From Lingula anatina (lineage: Eukaryota; Animalia; Brachiopoda), in the NCBI GenBank assembly GCA_051362555.1, contig CM120641.1, positions 14,198,001 to 14,262,000 on the forward strand: a stretch of 64,000 bases of DNA, written 5' to 3'. Position numbers and translations under genes: made by a program. Each line of letters opens with the position of its first letter. The stretch's first letter is position 1. The notes beneath the pieces were generated by a model. The model had not been told where the DNA came from. It saw only the letters and a list, made by a program, of their open reading frames with translations, and did not search any database. This document shows positions 36,593 through 51,400 of the stretch, one piece after another.

Positions 36593-39500
36593 TGATAGTT
36601 GTGTTTTATTATTTTTCCTTATTGTATAGCAGGTTCTGTACCATTAATTCCTATAAATGCACTTGAAAATTCTGTCAATGTGTATTTCATTTTCTCCTTT
36701 GTGGAGTTTTATTTTAGACTTTCTTGTTTGGCTTCAGTTTTTTTTTAAATAGAAAAATGCTATTTCAAATGAATATTGCATGTTGATTTATTGTTTTCAT
36801 TTATTTGATTAGCCATTGAATGTTTATTTAAGTCATTACAGGCATTGATAGACCCTGTCTTGAAGGCTTAAGGAATTTTATTGTATTTAAGTAGTATCTG
36901 TTCTCAAAATATATTTATGTAGAATAATAGAATTATAAATGAATATTGTAATAAAAAGTAAGTGATATGATTAACTCATACTGTAGGTGTGCACATTGTA
37001 AATGGTGGATACATTTTATAAAATTGGACGTAAACTGCCTATTGTTATTTACTACAGTCTAAGTACGTCCTGCACCTTGTATTATGCACCTATGTAAAGG
37101 TTGCTGTGGGTTCCACCGGTCAAACTGATATCTGTTACAAATTTCCCTTGAGCCCTATCAACAGGGAAGTGGAATTAACACCAAGGTATATTATGCAATG
37201 GACTTTTTTTATCGTCAGTTTTCATGTAAATTTTTCCTGGTGTCTTACACTTAAGTAAAAACCAGACCCTCTTAAGATAAGCAAACATAAGTTATGACTT
37301 AAGAGGAGTTGTTCCCGTGTGGAGATCTGTTTACTCGTGTAAGTTTTAATTTTTCCGTCTTTAACTCGCAATTGAAGCTCAGGAGAACGTCTGGGTAACA
37401 TTATTTATCCCAACTATTTGTAAATGTCTTTTCTTTAAATGAAGAAAATATCTTTAAAGCATTTTCCAAAGAATAAGATGATAATGATGTGTATGTTTCT
37501 CATTGTGAAACACAAAGAAATTATTCTTATAACAAACTTTTTTTGAAATTGCCTTTCATTAGCAATCTTAATTTTTTAATCGATGGTAGTGGGGTCCGTT
37601 AAGTAGTGTAAGAATTGTTTATTATCCAAGATCAGATTGCTTTTTTGATGACTGTAAAATAGGGGAAATAAATTTTATCTGGTATCAGAGTGATTTGTCC
37701 GACTTTATTTGCACTTCAGTAATATGATGTTGTTTTTGTGAGAGCAACTTGACCTGAAAAATAGTGACCACTTGCGCGTACCAATGAGTCAGAGAGGATA
37801 GATATTTACTGTAGATTTAAATGTTAACGTGCCTGTTACTTTTTTTCTGAGATGCTTCTGGAAAGGTGGGAGGTTGTTCGGACAGAAAACGAATGTTATA
37901 TAAAACCCTCTGCTGATTTTGTTTTTCGGAGCAAATGTCCGTATGTCGTAAAGACAGTATAAATTATTTAACTTAAGGTTATTACTTTTTATCAATGAAA
38001 TACGTAAGTAAGAATGCCAAAATGTGTTTTTCCTAATATCGTTATCATTATAAACGCGTTAATGCTCACAAATACTTGATAGGCACGCAATATTCTCAAT
38101 AGGAATTGTAAAAAAGATTTCGTCTTTTGTCTTCTCTGCTCCCTTGATTTGATGTAAATGACTACCTTATTTACGACGTATTCGGGGTGTCAGCTGTACC
38201 GATCTCGGTGTTTTGCACTTTATCCTGACAGGTAACATCAACAAAGGTGCGCCTCCCTAGATGCACTAAAACTTCAGTTAAACGTGCGATTCTTTTACCC
38301 CAGATTATATTCGTTTCTAAAATACACAGATTGTTTCTAGTCTTACCACAGTACGTGCGCGGCCGCGTGTAGTAACACCTCGTAAGGAAAAAAGAACTTT
38401 TTTTGCAAGTCTGTCGTAGATAACATTGACCTTTTCAACTATAAGTGATTTAATGCAGATCGCCCAGCTACCAATTTATGCTTCTAGAATACAGAGCATA
38501 AAATAGATATAAATGGTAAATTTAGCTTCTTATAAATATTATTATCACGATTGTCGCATAAGCTTATTAATAATGCCTTGCGACATCTGTTTGTTCCAAT
38601 AATAAATGCCAAGATTTTTTACGGTAGGCGTATACTCGAACTTTTTACGTCCCATTATAAACACCCAATTTTATAGTAGGTGTATATTTCAAGCATACAT
38701 AACAAAAAAAGTTTAATTAAGTTGGCTGTTCTTCGACGGTTGTGAATCAGCCTTAAAATATTGACCACGTTGTCTCGTGAAATTAGTTCCTTGTGGTAGC
38801 CGAGGGCGGGCACTCATCGCCCTAAACTTGATTGTTGTGAATTTAAAGAGTTTGGAAGGTATAATGGTATAATTATTTTGCCCTTTGGCTAAATGTTATT
38901 TCACAAATGAATTACCGGTTCATTTTAAACGCTTGTTTTAAAAACTTAAATTTCATTACAAAAAAGTGCGAAAGAAAAACTGGCCTTCACGCAAAAAAAA
39001 AGGTTTCGCAGCCTTTCAAAATTTTTTTCATTCTATCTAGCAATTGAAGACTTTTTTCGAAGTTCATCGGATTTCGTAAAAGGTATCTTTTTGCAGCAAT
39101 TGCGAACGGTTTGGTTTTATTTTGCTACATTTAAAAACAAGTTCAAGACCTTTGAAATGGATGTAGCGCAACTTGGCAATAGAATTTTTTTTGATATGCC
39201 GTCTTACAGTAAAGGGTCGAAGAAGTGCGAATCTATGAATATCAACAACATTGAACGCCGGCAGAAGTAATGGTTTAACACAGATCGTATTTTACTGGCA
39301 TCCGTATTTCAAGAAAATTCCTGTCCAAGATTAAGTTGGGATGTGAAGTTATGCACTGTTTGCTCTTGCTGTCAACTTGCAGACCACAAAAAGAAACAAG
39401 AACATGCAACAGGAAAAAGAGAACGTTATTTGATTTCCTTGCTTGATTTCAGTCAAGTCATCCATAGCTGGGTTGATGATATATTTTGTCAATGAATTCG

Positions 39501-40871
39501 TACCTGCTTTAACTTGCTGTAACCGGAGTAACCGCAAGTCCATTAGGTTCTTTATTGCTTTTTGTCACGATGCGATAGCACTAGCAAACTAGAAGGGACT
39601 ACACAACAAGTTACCAAGGCTTTCGCTAATAAAAATAAGAGTGACATTTTCACAACTGGTGAATCTATTAGGGTAGAACAAGGGCAGGGCACAAGGAAAG
39701 GGCACGTAAATATAATCCGATTATAATTTTTCATCTACGCTGTCATAAAGGAATGTAGTTATGGTTGCCATGACTTTGGGCTGATCTTAGAGCCATGTTT
39801 TTCGGATTAGTCCGAGAACATCATCCTATGAATTAATCGTGTGATCAATGTCGTCTGTTGCTACATATATCTTTAGAAGAAAATCAGTTTCTGGTTGGAT
39901 AATGTCTAACCACTCAATTATTTTGAATGAGTTTACAGTTAAGAATTCATTGAGACACCTTTGGTTTAACCATGTGTGACAAAAATATTTTTGCAAAGTG
40001 AGATATAAAAGATGAAAAAGAAATAAATCAGAGGATCGCGGTTTAGTTTCCAAGATCACCGCTATCTTTTAAGACGGAAAAAGTTAAATCATGGCAAGTG
40101 ATATAATCATGAAAGATTGATTTGCGATATAAAAATAATACTGAAATAAACCAGACAGTCGTGTAGTAGTGGTCTACATCGTCGTACAGGTGGCAAACCA
40201 AAATAATGTTTTTCCCGAGAGATAACTTCTATTGCGGAAACGCGTCAGGTGTTTGCGTGGTTTTTCTACATCTATGAACAGGACTACCAAACACCCCCCT
40301 CTCCCCGCACCCCTGTTTCACCATAACAGTTGTCTGTCTGCTGCCTCTTTGCCTTTCCTCTGCCTGACTGCTTTCATGTCTTCCTCTCCCTGTATCCCTT
40401 GTTGTAGGCCATATGATATATATACGTGTGGTCGTTTTGCAACGGTCAACTAAAAGCGGTCGCGTGTGTAAAACGCATGTATCGCGTGATTTGACAAGTG
40501 TCGGCTCGGGGTCTGTTGTGCAATTGGTAATTACCGAGTAAATATGTAGAGTTAAAGTTTTTTTGTTAACTGGCACCTCATAGACAGACATAAACAGTTA
40601 ATAGCACACTTGTCTATTGTGTGCTGTCAAAATTGTCACGCCATGTACATTTGTATTGAAAAGAAGGGGTGATGTAGTGTGAGAGACGGTCGATTCTCGC
40701 TGATGACTTGGCCGATTTTCTTGTTTTTTCTGTTTGCATCTGCTTTATCTCATCAATATGTCTTCTCTGTATATTAGGTATATATCGCTTTGTGGGTTTG
40801 CGTCGATTTTCACATCTGTGTTTTACTTATGATAGTGTAACTCATCAATTCTATCAGTGATAATGCCACTC

Positions 40872-40874
<3 letters not shown>

Positions 40875-40935
<61 letters not shown>

Positions 40936-40969
40936 ACACACACACAGACATACACACACACACACACAC
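40875..40969. repeat. Compound (CT)n(CA)n microsatellite
   Basis: CT run 40875-40904 followed by an interrupted CA run. Confidence 0.95.
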
Positions 40970-43900
40970 CAGTCATTTCATCTGCTGTTTCATTATTTCT
41001 CACGATTCAGGGCACAGTGAACATAATTTCTCTGTGAAATAGAATATTTGGTTTGCATTGACAGTTGTAAGGAGAACCCAGTTTTTATGCAATTATTCAC
41101 GTCGCTTTACAAAATCGAATTAGTAACGTTAACTTTTCAAGTTCTTCGTTTGTATCGATTTACTGAGCTCTTCTGCTTTCATGGTTAAGAGAGTAAATTG
41201 TATCCTTAAACGGCGTCCTTAAAGCTCCGGCGTCCACGTTTGCTGTACAAATGAAATTGTCAGTTTCAATCCTAAGACCACAATTAACCATTTTCTGTAC
41301 GCATTTCAGGGCGTTTTTTGGGTGTACCCTTCCCTTCCCTTCTCTCTCACTCTCTCTCTCTCATGCGACGCACGTGCGCATGCTACATGTACATTAGACA
41401 TGTACACACGCACGTGCATGCGACCACACACACAACTTTGTTGCTTTTTATTTGTTAGAAAAAGCACCACGTCGTTACTGCATAAAACGCGAAAAGCATC
41501 TAAGTGTGTATCAGCATTTTGTAACATGTAAATATTTATGTCAATAAGGGCAAAATAATTCCCAGTCCTGGAATAACCACAGAAATTTTATTGCACTTTC
41601 TAAGATATTCTGATAAACTAGTAACTACTCAAAAGTTGCAATGCACCGGGAAGCTTTCGTCTACCAATGCACATTCCCACACCGAATAATATCGTTTTAA
41701 CCCCAGGGTTTTACTTGTAATGGCTAATGTTTGTGGCGCACGGCCGAAAGAAACAGTCTGATGACTATAATTTAACCATCACTCACCCCAGTGAGCATGT
41801 TTAGCATTGAATTATACAAAAAATAATGGTAGCTTCAATTTACACTTTAATTGCAACAGGCACGGTTTTGAATTGAATTTCGTGTTTGTAGTTTCTATAC
41901 TATGGTAAGGGGATGGTTCGGTTTTGTCTGAGTTTTGCTAATATCCAGCAGGCTCGTCTGTCGTTAATAAGGGTCCTGCAATAGTATTTTAGTTTGCTGA
42001 AATTGCAACATACGAATGTCGACTGAGAAATATGTCAACTATTAAGATAAAACGGTTGCCGGTCGTTTCAGCTCAGCATCTGTATGTCAGAGGAAAAATA
42101 AAACCGTCTACAGATCAGCGATATCAATCCATTTACATCAGATTTTATAACTCGACATTTCCTCGGGTCTTAAAAGATACGAGGCTATCATATTTACTCA
42201 CCGTATGACATGCAGTTTTTTTGATAACGCCTATGATATTTTGCAACATAATTTTCTTGCAGCCGTTGAATTATAATCCATTGACGTTATTCCGGGCACG
42301 ACCTGATAAAACTGAGAAGCATTTATCAGAAAATTTCTCAAAGAAACGTAGTCTGGGATCTCGGCATGGTTTTTTTAACTTGATCTGGATTTATCGTTTA
42401 AATTCTCAAAATAATTTCTACTCGATTTCTCGGGTTCATTTTTGCAAGAGCGGTTACGTAGTTGTGGTTTATTCTCAGGGTGGCGGCTCATCTTCCATAA
42501 ATTTCGCACCATGTTACAAAAAGATGATTCATTTTGACGTAACCTTTTCGCTTTTACTAGTCCATAGATGTGTGCGTCTGGGAAAATTGTAACTTGTCCG
42601 CCTTTTGCGCGTTACCAACCGCTGACCAAAACAACAAGAAAGCAACCGCAATTGGGAACAATGGATAAGTTATCCACAGAAGGTTAAATCGATAATGGAA
42701 AAAAAATTGAAAACACTGGTTGAAGGGAGAAGCACTTGAAAACAACACCTCAGACCCAGCATCTTTCGAATGTAATGTCTTAAATAGTTGAGATAAACTC
42801 AGTTAACAAAGGTGGTTTATAAAACGCTATCATTATTATGTAACTCCCCCTTCCCAACATTTTACAGTTCAGCTTTTCATTCGGTTTTGATGTACTTCCT
42901 CCATTCTTAACACTGTTTGCGTTTCAAATTGGATAACAAATTAAGAGCCAAATAAGGCTTCTTTGCAACAGGTTTCAATTGGAAATTTTGTTCAATGTTG
43001 TAGAAATTATTGGCAAGGAGTGGGAACTAAAAAGCCTTAGCATAATCTGACCTTCCAAATCAATTAATAAGTTCAGTTATATGTTAGGCAGATATAAAAA
43101 CGCAATTAGCTTATTCACAAAGAGCACATTTCTAAGAGAAATTGACTAAGAAGCCTTATTGGAGGGGTGCATTAACCAAAAACCAAATCTTCTCAGAGAA
43201 CGGAAATCGTCGAACACAGTTCGATAAGAGGGTGATGCTGTTGCTTTTTGCTGACGGGAGTGGGGGGGGGGGGGTGCGAAAAAAGACTCACAGAAAGAGA
43301 AAAAGGGGGAGTCATTGGACAGGAAAGGGTGAGGTTGTACTGAATCGAACGAAAACCTGCAAAGTACATAGTTCTCTTCGGAATTAATTGAGGTCCGGGA
43401 GAACTAGCTGTTGGATGTAGAACTTCACTAAATAGGAGTTACCTTGTCACTTTGCATCGCGACTCCTATAAACAAGTTGAATACTATAAATGACGTCAAA
43501 ATTAAGTCATATTCGCCACAGTTCTGCGGCTAAGGGAGAACTAGTTTTAAAGAAATTCTATCATATTAGAATAAATGCGTGGAAAATCGTGTTCCTTACA
43601 ACCAGTGTTTTAATGGAGTTTGACTCTCTTTCCTACTACACAAGCCTTCTGTATTGTGCGCCGTATTAACTTTCTGAGAGAAAAAACAATGACTGTTTCT
43701 ACTTTTACTACTCTATATATACACCTTTATTTAGATTTGGAATATTTTCCTAAAAAATTAAAGTTAACTCATTGCCCTTGCCTATTGCTACAACAAATGA
43801 ATTGGTAACGTGAGATAGTCTGCTTCTGTACACTAAAGAGTATGGCACTCATTTCACTTTTCTTTGAAATACCACCGGTGCTCAGTTTTCTTTCCCTGGA

Positions 43901-45341
43901 CAGAACGGTGTGACTTCTCGGATAGGTGCACATATGAAGAACATTGTATAAGCGAAAACAAAACAATTGAAAGAGAGCCCCCTGCCTACGTTCGAACTAT
44001 TGTAGCATTAACGAAAACCTTCTCCCAAGATCCAGGGCCGCGCAGAAATTGCGTTTGATTTTACCACAGCTACGTGTAGAATTGCTTTTGATTTTTCAAG
44101 GCTCGTGTGGCCGGTGGTTTATTGGACACAGACCTGTAGTCTGAAACGCACGTGGCAAGTGAAACGCTACAACAATTACTCATAGCAACAAGTCACAACA
44201 CCCCAGTACAAATCTATTTATTTGCGACAGATGTGCGCTGCGCACCGGCTGACGATTAAAGGCTTTTGTATCGATACTCAAAAGGGATGTCTTTTTTTTT
44301 TTTCTTTATTATAATTCAGAGTAAGGATCCACCCTATTTATTTAACGGATGATCTCACTATCTGCATTTTCTCATGGCTATGAAGCAATGACTTGCTTGT
44401 TATTTGATTTCCGCAAACGTGTAGGTCCTGACTTGATTTTTAATGATGTTCTTGAAGATTAAATTAGCTGTGATGTCATTGATGTGATTTTTTTCATTGG
44501 CATTTTCAATCAGCATTTTTATATATAGTGACTTATTCTATTATTTTTACCCTAAATTATCCATGCAATTTCTTTTATTTTTAATATATAATTATTATTA
44601 ATAATGTTGGTATTGTTATCATCATTTTCTGAGTTTCTTGTCTATCCTGCCCCTAGTCCCAAAATCGATTAATTAACGGGGTAAAAGTGTTGTGGTTTCT
44701 TTTCGTATATTCTACTGATGACGATTCACGTCTGAAGCAAGGCGTTTTCCAGATCTAGAGTGCCACTGCCAAAATCAGGATATCCCGCTAAAAACAGCAA
44801 CAGACTACAAATGAAAATTTCCGAATTTTAAACTAGTTGTTTTCATTTTCGCCTTCTTGCATCTTTGTTTAATAATAGCCCACTTCTTCCAAGCACTATG
44901 GTTTTATAATGTTACAATACTTCCTTGTAGGAAGAAAATGATTGATGCTGAGGATATACAAAATTAGAAGGGTTGAACGCTGACCGTCACCAGTTGAAAA
45001 AACAGTGACTAATTTCTTAAAACAAGTTACCGCTTAAAAAAAGGTCCAAAATAACAGGTGAATATTAGTCTAGTAATGGTTATTTTAGGAATATAAAATT
45101 TACAAAAAGATTCGTTACTTATGAAATCTAAGAATAAGTTATTATACCATAAATTTATTGAAAATTAAAATTAAAATAATACACAGGCTTTATCCGTATT
45201 CTATTCATGCTTAAATATGTATTTCTTATTCTAAAATTGCCGTTGGATAGACAACCAGGAGGCGTGAAAGCATAGGTCTTTTATTAATGCATCAGTTTAT
45301 TAAGACCGGCATTTCCGAATATGCGCAGATTGTGATGCGCA

Positions 45342-45349
45342 TGACGTCA
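45342..45349. promoter_or_regulatory. Palindromic CRE (TGACGTCA) just upstream of the neuregulin-like ATG
   Basis: TGACGTCA lies about 120 bp upstream of ATG 45468, next to TGCGCA motifs; further copies at 43491 and 58823. Confidence 0.4.
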
Positions 45350-45467
45350 CGGAGTACCATCCCATGCTTGAGGATTTCCCACCGTCTCAACTCCAGACAT
45401 AGAAAACCATGTGAGCCGGGTCGATGCTGGCAGTCGAGTAAGTGAACAGAGCTGGAAGCGTACAGAG

Positions 45468-48400
45468 ATGGCGTGGACGCCGCTATTACAATACATTGCA
45501 CTTGGACTAATATTCTGCACACAGATATTATTGAGCAAGGCTTGTAGGACAGATTATACTGATGTAGCTTCACGAGCGTTTTTCGCGAAATATGTATTCG
45601 TGGGGAGGGTAGAGACACTTTCTCCAGTTGGAGAGGACTCCTTGTACAATGCAACATTCTCAGTGACAGAACAGCTCAAGGGGAGGATACATAACCAAAA
45701 GAGAATACAGTCAGTGACAGTGGGGCCGTTTGGGCCCAAGAACCCTTTGCTATGCATTGGTGATGTGAGGCAAGGGGAGAAATATATTGTATTTTTAAAT
45801 TCCACATTAGAAGTCTCTGGACTAGCGGAAAGAGCTAGCAATAGAACTATTAAAGAAGCCAAAGGAATTTTATGTAAAAGATGTGGTAAGTACTTGATAT
45901 GTAATCCTGTGGCTTTTTTCAGGGTGGAGTGTGTTTGTCCTTAGAGCCTATTTCAGCAAAGGAATTAATTCCTTCCTGAATTGGGTCTTGACGGAGAACG
46001 GGAGACAAAAATGTCGACTCACCTGTGTAAAGGGGGTGTTCTAAATATTTCAGGTAGTATGTCACCACAGGCATGTGATGTCTCCAGGTAAACAAAAGAT
46101 ATCTAAGGCTAGAGACAATACAATACTTCCGACTGCGCATTTTTTAAAAAGTACTTAAGTTCCAAAATAATTGGGAGAGTAAATTTTGTCATTCAGTGAT
46201 TCATTATTTCACCTGTGTAAGTGATATGCATGGCAGAACTTTCAGAATTAAAATTCCACAAGCATACCAACATGCTTTAGGGAGGAATTCTTTTTCTTCG
46301 TTTTTTATGATGAGCAATTTGAATGACATTTTCAAACACTATGATTTATTGGCCTCTATTTATATACAAAAATGAAATTTTAAATTATTTATGAAGGAAT
46401 TTGCATATTTTATGAAAGAAGCAGATGTTTTTTGCAAATATTTTACAATAATTGCATATGTGTTGTCTTGCTAAGCTGAGGTATAATCAATTCTATTCAA
46501 AGCTTCCCTGTGTTAGATAATGACTGCTTTCTGCGTTTCTACATAGGAAACCAAGTTTGGATAAGATGGCAGTGTGAGTGAGAAAATGTTAAAGATAAGA
46601 CATAGAGTTTATCACTGTTGGTTACTCAGTTTCTGGTTGCAGTGCAGTGATCAGAAACTCTTGCATACCCAATAAGAGAAAGGTTATCATGCCCACTGCT
46701 GAAATGCCACATGACTTTTGATAGTGGGTAGGTTAAAGGTCTGACTAGTTTTAGTACACCAAAGTACTGGAGAAAATGGACAGAATGTACCTGTATTATC
46801 TTCACAACATCATGGAAAAAATTTTAGAATAGTTATGCATTCATTACAACATTAAGCAACTAATTTTCTGCTTTAATTTCAAGTTCAGTGTCTTATTTAA
46901 TTATTGTGCAATAGTACAGAATCAATTTACAATGTAATGACCTATGTCTCAGGTGTGCTATTGGGAATATGAAATTTATTAGATGAATTCCTTACATTTG
47001 GATATCATTAAAAATATATATTTATTAACTTAAGTTGGGAATCCACAAAAAGAGAAAGAAAGAAACATCCAAGCATTGCTTAAGCTTATATATCAATCCC
47101 AAGCAAAATAATTGACATTGAAGGACAATTTACATCATTATAAAAGTACACCAGAAACCTACATTACACATACATTACTATTGCTTATATCACAATATCA
47201 TATGACCAAAATGCTTCTAAGGACTTAGTTCCCAAATTGAAAAACAGTGTATGCTTTTACCAGATTAAAAGGTTTATAAAAGTCAGTATTCAAAGTATAC
47301 CTTGAGGTTTACTTATACTTTGGAAGCAATCCAGGCACTGCTACTGCTGCCTCTGTGTATGTTTTGACTACTGTAATTTGAATATGTTCTCTTAAGTGGG
47401 ACTGGATTTGGTGATGAGTTGATGACGTGAGAAGAGTTTATTGTCCATGATCAATTTCACTCAAAGGTGATCTTTGCTCTTACTTCTCTGACAGATTTGT
47501 TTATTTTAGCCTGGGTAAAATGGTTAATAGAAAGTGCAGTTTGTCGGTGGGTTCTAAGCGAAGAAGCAGCAGCTTCTCCATCTGTATGCTGTGTGCTCTG
47601 GACCACTAGGCAGGCTGATGGTGATGCATTGATTTTTCCCATGCAGACACATTATGTCCTTTAGAAATATCCATCTTTGCACGGAGAAGCAATTATTTTT
47701 CTTCAATTGGATTTTTGAGGAAAGGGTTTTAGTTTTGATGCTCTTCAGGCTCAGTTTGAGCTTTTGAAATTTCCCATTTCTATGGAGAAATGAGATGGTG
47801 GTGAGAGATAAAAAAAGATGTCTGGCTTTTAATGCAGTTTGAATCCCACTGGGAATTTTCCTAGTGTGGTCTCAGGACGTGCATTAGACGATCACACAGA
47901 GTAGATAATCATCATGCAAGCGGGGAGACCATAGCCTGGACTAGACACAAAAACACTGAGAAAATCTACTCAGTAGAGAGAAAAAATAATAAACTGGCCC
48001 ACACAGCACATATATTGCAGATAAAAATTGTCAGTCAAGTGTAGTTATTTCCATTAGAGTACCGCCACCAAAACAGAGCAGTTAAGTTCATCTGGGGCCT
48101 TCAGATTTAATGTCCTGAGCACTTTGGTTTAATGAATCATGTTATTTAACCTGAAGCCTCTCAAATGGTTCGATAAGCCTCAGACTATTTAGGATTAAGC
48201 ACAGACACCTTGTTCCCTGTATTAGAAAGTGTTTTAGCCACAGGAATTGTCTTGCTCCCCCTTTGCTTGTGTATCAGATTTATTGAGAAAACATTACACC
48301 TACGCTTACAGTTTAATCTCAGGCTGATATTGCTGTTTGCTTGAAGGTGGGCTCCATCAATACTACATAGAAGATAAAAGGGAAAGGTTTTACTGCAGCA

Positions 48401-51400
48401 CCAGGTACCAAAAAAAATTGGAATTTATAATGGGAACTGTATATTTTCCCATCTTTTCCCTGCCACAGACTGCTTCCTATTAAGCGGTTTGATAAGGCTT
48501 AAAGATAAACCCCCAGTTCTTGAGATAGTGTACATTTCTCACCTTGAGATAGTAGTCGCAGCTTGATAACCCCTCCCACCTTTACATACTTAATCAGTTA
48601 TGACATATACGCTGGAATTTGATTCTTGAAAAGGTGATGTTTATACAAATGACAAATTGACATGTGGATGAATTAATGACTTCCGATGTTGTTTTGTGAT
48701 TTTTCGTGATACCTTGAAGGAACCAGGTTAGCACCTCTATCTTGGATTGGAGATAGTAGTTATGGCAGAGAGGAGTGATTGTGGCTAGGGGCAACACCCT
48801 ACTTTTTATTCAAAACCTCTTTAACATACGTGATGTTACAACAATAAAAGGTGAATGGGGCCCACAATTTCATATTGTGTGTCATCCCACGCTCAGATAA
48901 GCAGTCTGTCCAGTTGCCTTTTATCAAAGCAATGTAGGTTAGGGCACTGTTCCGGATATGTAGGTATCCCCTTTTATTGAAAAACTAGAGATAAGGATAT
49001 TTTGCAATAAGTAAGAGTAGTGTACGCAGTTTAGAGGCAAAGCAAAAAGCACTTCAGAAGACATGAAACAAGTTGTGAGTGTGTGTGGTAAACTCCAGAA
49101 AGATATATTTTAACACCTGTAGAAAAAAAAATAGCACTGCACACAGGTCAAACCCAAGATGGCAAAGTTTTGTGAAGAATAAAATTGTGTGTGTGGCAAA
49201 TGTAACTAATTCTTTCCCCCAAATGAATGAATGTGAATAATGTTGGAAGCTGTTTGTCATCTCTCTTTCATATTGTTCTCTCAGTTCAGACTGATTTATT
49301 GATCGACAAAGCCTATGTCATTGGAACATAACATATACTTCTTCAAACAAGCCATTTGTTTTGGCACTGTTCTCACACATTTGGCTTACCATCAGTAACT
49401 GATTATAGGAAAGCATGTTGCTAATTTTTTCGATGGAAAAACCTGAGCCCCGGGAACAGAGCCCGGTTGTTACTGAATGTGAGAAAATATTATCACAGAC
49501 ATAAGTGAAGTGAAGGGCTCTGCTCTTGTGTGATGACCTTAATTAGTTCTGGGTTTGTTTATTTAAGCCCTTTGTTTTATTAATTAATTTAGTGGAAAAC
49601 TATAAAGGCCATATGTTTTTTCTGTGCATGCGGTATGTTTTAATCGGAGCTGTGAAGGAGTGGGATTGTAACATCAGTGCAAACACCCCAGGTGATGTTT
49701 GTTTTACAAATGGAAAAGAAATCACGGTTGTTCGTTTCCTAGTATGGGTGTAGTGTGAGTCAACTGTACGCATGCAGCCAGTCATTGGCTGGCGGGTTCA
49801 ACAATTACTTGTATGATTTTTCTTTGAAATTTTCAATCATTGATCATGTTAACTGCTTTTTGCTGGATGCTAAATTCATTGAACTTTTTGATGTTTGAGC
49901 GGAACAATAACTTGCATGATTTTCTTTGAAATATTTGATCATGTCTAATGTTTTTTTGTTGAATGCTGAAATAATTGGTTTTTTCATGATGAAATCTTTG
50001 CCTCTGGTAACTGGTATGATACAGGAGAAGAGCAAAGGAGGTTGCATAGTTTCATTATGAAGCAGTCATGAGTTGGAAGTGTGTTGCCAGTATCGATAAG
50101 TTGCCCAAAATTGAATCCAGTACTCCTGATCACTTTTGTCAGTAAATATTTACATAACTCATCAACCTTTTTTTTTTTTTTTTAATCCTTCGCTTCCCTC
50201 TATTTTTCATCGGTTTTGCCAATTTTCCGCCGTGGTCATGGCATCGTAAAACAGGGCTCAGGTGAGAGAGATGTAGTATTACCACTCCAGTTCCTGCCCT
50301 CTGATTAGGCACCTGCCTGGATTAGACACAGTACACAGCATGCAGGTGATGATGGAATAGCTAAATTGAGTGAGATGCCTCCCCCCTATCTCACATGCTG
50401 TAAGAGATCTCAACTTGGTGATCAGTTTGACATAGTTACATCAGCTTCATACCTGCTGACTTGAGTGGAAGAGTAATGACAGGCAAGAATGTTGATTATA
50501 GTGCTGTAACTGTCCCTTATGAGAAGACCCACACATGAACCCACAGCTTAACTGTAATGGAGAGTGAGAGATGGGTAAAGGAGATTCTTGAGTTGTCTGA
50601 GAAGAATTATTTTTTCACCCATTATCCCAAGTGACAAACTACCCATTAAGAGCGAAGTGTGGCATAATTCAAACTGAATAATGAATCTTCCTGGGGCATC
50701 TTATTGGTAATTAAGTGGTAGATTCTTACCAGATTCCATGCAGTGAGTTAGGTCTTTCTGTGTATTCTAGTAAATCATTTTACTCCACTATTTTCCTGTA
50801 GGGTATGCTTGGCCAGGGCAGGCGGGCAGTAGGTTATAGATCTTTTATTTGCCTGGCAAGGCCGATTCTTAGCTAGGCTCAGGCTGGCTAGGGTGTAGGG
50901 TATTTATAAAGAAAACAGTCTGTTGTGAAACAAAACACTGGCCAGTAAAATGTGTGTATTCTGACCTGACTGGACCAGGAAAGGTCCTAATTACCTTCTT
51001 TCATTATTCTCAGGGTGGGTGATTTACCCCGAAAACAAAGATTTCATAGAAATATGGGCAAACACATTAAGGCCGTCTGTGTTAAGTCTAGTGGAGAGAT
51101 GAATTTGATACATGTTGATTTTGAATCTAAATATATCTCAGGGGAGATTAATCTCTGCTGTTACTAATTGAGGAAATGATGAGGTGGGTGTGGGAGGGGA
51201 GATGGCCCTTATGTTGCACTTTAACTTAAATAAAATGTGTTAATAGTTGATCTTAATGGATTTGTTTAAGTAAGATGCATTGTATCACAAAAAAAAGAAA
51301 AAATTATGAACACAGAGAATTCATAGAGCTATTTGTATATATTGCTGGGTGAAAGTTTTTCAATTAGAAAAGGAAGTGTATCTTGGAAAACTGCGAACAA

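Noticed and set aside
40229-42748. 120-123 aa ORFs in the intergenic region
   Set aside because: No domain similarity or consistent splice chain; expected by chance in the locally higher-GC sequence.
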